From Laetmonice hystrix (Eukaryota), in assembly GCA_965235115.1 (NCBI GenBank), contig OZ249442.1:11284001-11348000 (forward strand): a DNA stretch of 64,000 bases. Reading direction: 5' to 3'. The notes under the pieces are model-generated. The model ran no database searches. It had not been told where the DNA came from and was given only the letters and a program-made list of their open reading frames with translations. The position numbers were made by a program, and so were the translations under genes. Below, in pieces: positions 63,107 through 64,000 of this stretch (the stretch's first letter is position 1; each line of letters starts with the position of its first letter).

Positions 63107-64000
63107 CTGATTTGACCTGTGATGGCTGTAGAATGGCCTGATTTGACCTGTGATGGCTGTAGAATGGCCTGATTTCACCTCTGATGGCTGTAGAATGGCC
63201 TGATTTCACCTCTGATGGCTGTAGAATGGCCTGATTTCACCTCTGATGGCTGTAGAATGGCCTGATTTGACCTCCGATGGCTGTAGAATGGCCTGATTCG
63301 ACCTGTGATGGCTGTAGAATGGACTGATTTGACCTGTGATGGCTGTAGAATGGCCTGATTTGACCTCCGATGGCTGTAGAATGGCCTGATTTGACCTCTG
63401 ATGGCTGTAGAATGGCCTGATTTGACCTGTGATGGCTGTAGAATGGCCTGATTTCACCTCTGATGGCTGTAGAATGGCCTGATTTCACCTGTGATGGCTG
63501 TAGAATGGCCTGATTTGACCTCTGATGGCTGTAGAATGACCTGATTTGACCTCTGATGGCTGTAGAATGACCTGATTTGACCTCTGATGGCTGTAGAATG
63601 ACCTGATTTGACCTCTGATGGCTGTAGAATGACCTGATTTGACCTCTGATGGCTGTAGAATGACCTGATTTGACCTCTGATGGCTGTAGAATGACCTGAT
63701 TTGACCTCTGATGGCTGTAGAATGACCTGATTTGACCTCTGATGGCTGTAGAATGACCTGATTTGACCTCTGATGGCTGTAGAATGGCCTGATTTGACCT
63801 CTGATGGCTGTAGAATGGCCTGATTTGACCTCCGATGGCTGTAGAATGGCCTGATTTGACCTGTGATGACTGTAGAATGGCCTGATTTGACCTCCGATGG
63901 CTGTAGAATGGCCTGATTTGACCTCCGATGGCTGTAGAATGGCCTGATTTGACCTCCGATGGCTGTAGAATGGCCTGATTTGACCTCCGATGGCTGTAGA
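63107..64000. repeat. 31-bp minisatellite, at least 28 copies, runs off the window end
   Basis: Unit GATGGCTGTAGAATG(G/A)CCTGATTT(G/C)ACCT(C/G)(T/C); ORF offsets are 31 bp. Confidence 0.98.

Overview
Eukaryotic (animal) genomic DNA, most likely a mollusc or related lophotrochozoan, judging from a RUDI/V-SINE-like element, CTCF-type motifs and GT-AG introns. It is not prokaryotic and has no CRISPR array. Main contents: (1) A minus-strand three-coding-exon gene (20527-20203, 19148-18958, 18718-18248; 328 aa). It encodes a single-pass membrane protein with two cytoplasmic PPxY motifs; the ORF track shows it only in fragments. (2) A poly(A)-tailed CR1/L2-group LINE on the minus strand (21359 to at least 26674). 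It has an uninterrupted 960-aa APE+RT ORF2 whose catalytic motif reads HADD instead of YADD, and an SGNH-esterase-like ORF1 remnant. Between ORF1 and ORF2 sits an array of 11 conserved ~28-nt cores, spaced at exactly 104 bp after the first interval, with alternating A/B intervening sequences. (3) About 17 unrelated minisatellite arrays covering roughly 12 kb (~19%), which explain nearly all other 'ORFs'. (4) Short hairpin MITEs, SINE remnants, a CTCF-motif cluster, candidate promoters and a few weak plus-strand exons. The ~36 kb right of 27.7 kb has no recognisable coding exon and looks intronic or intergenic. The LINE with its internal ordered array is the best candidate for something undescribed.
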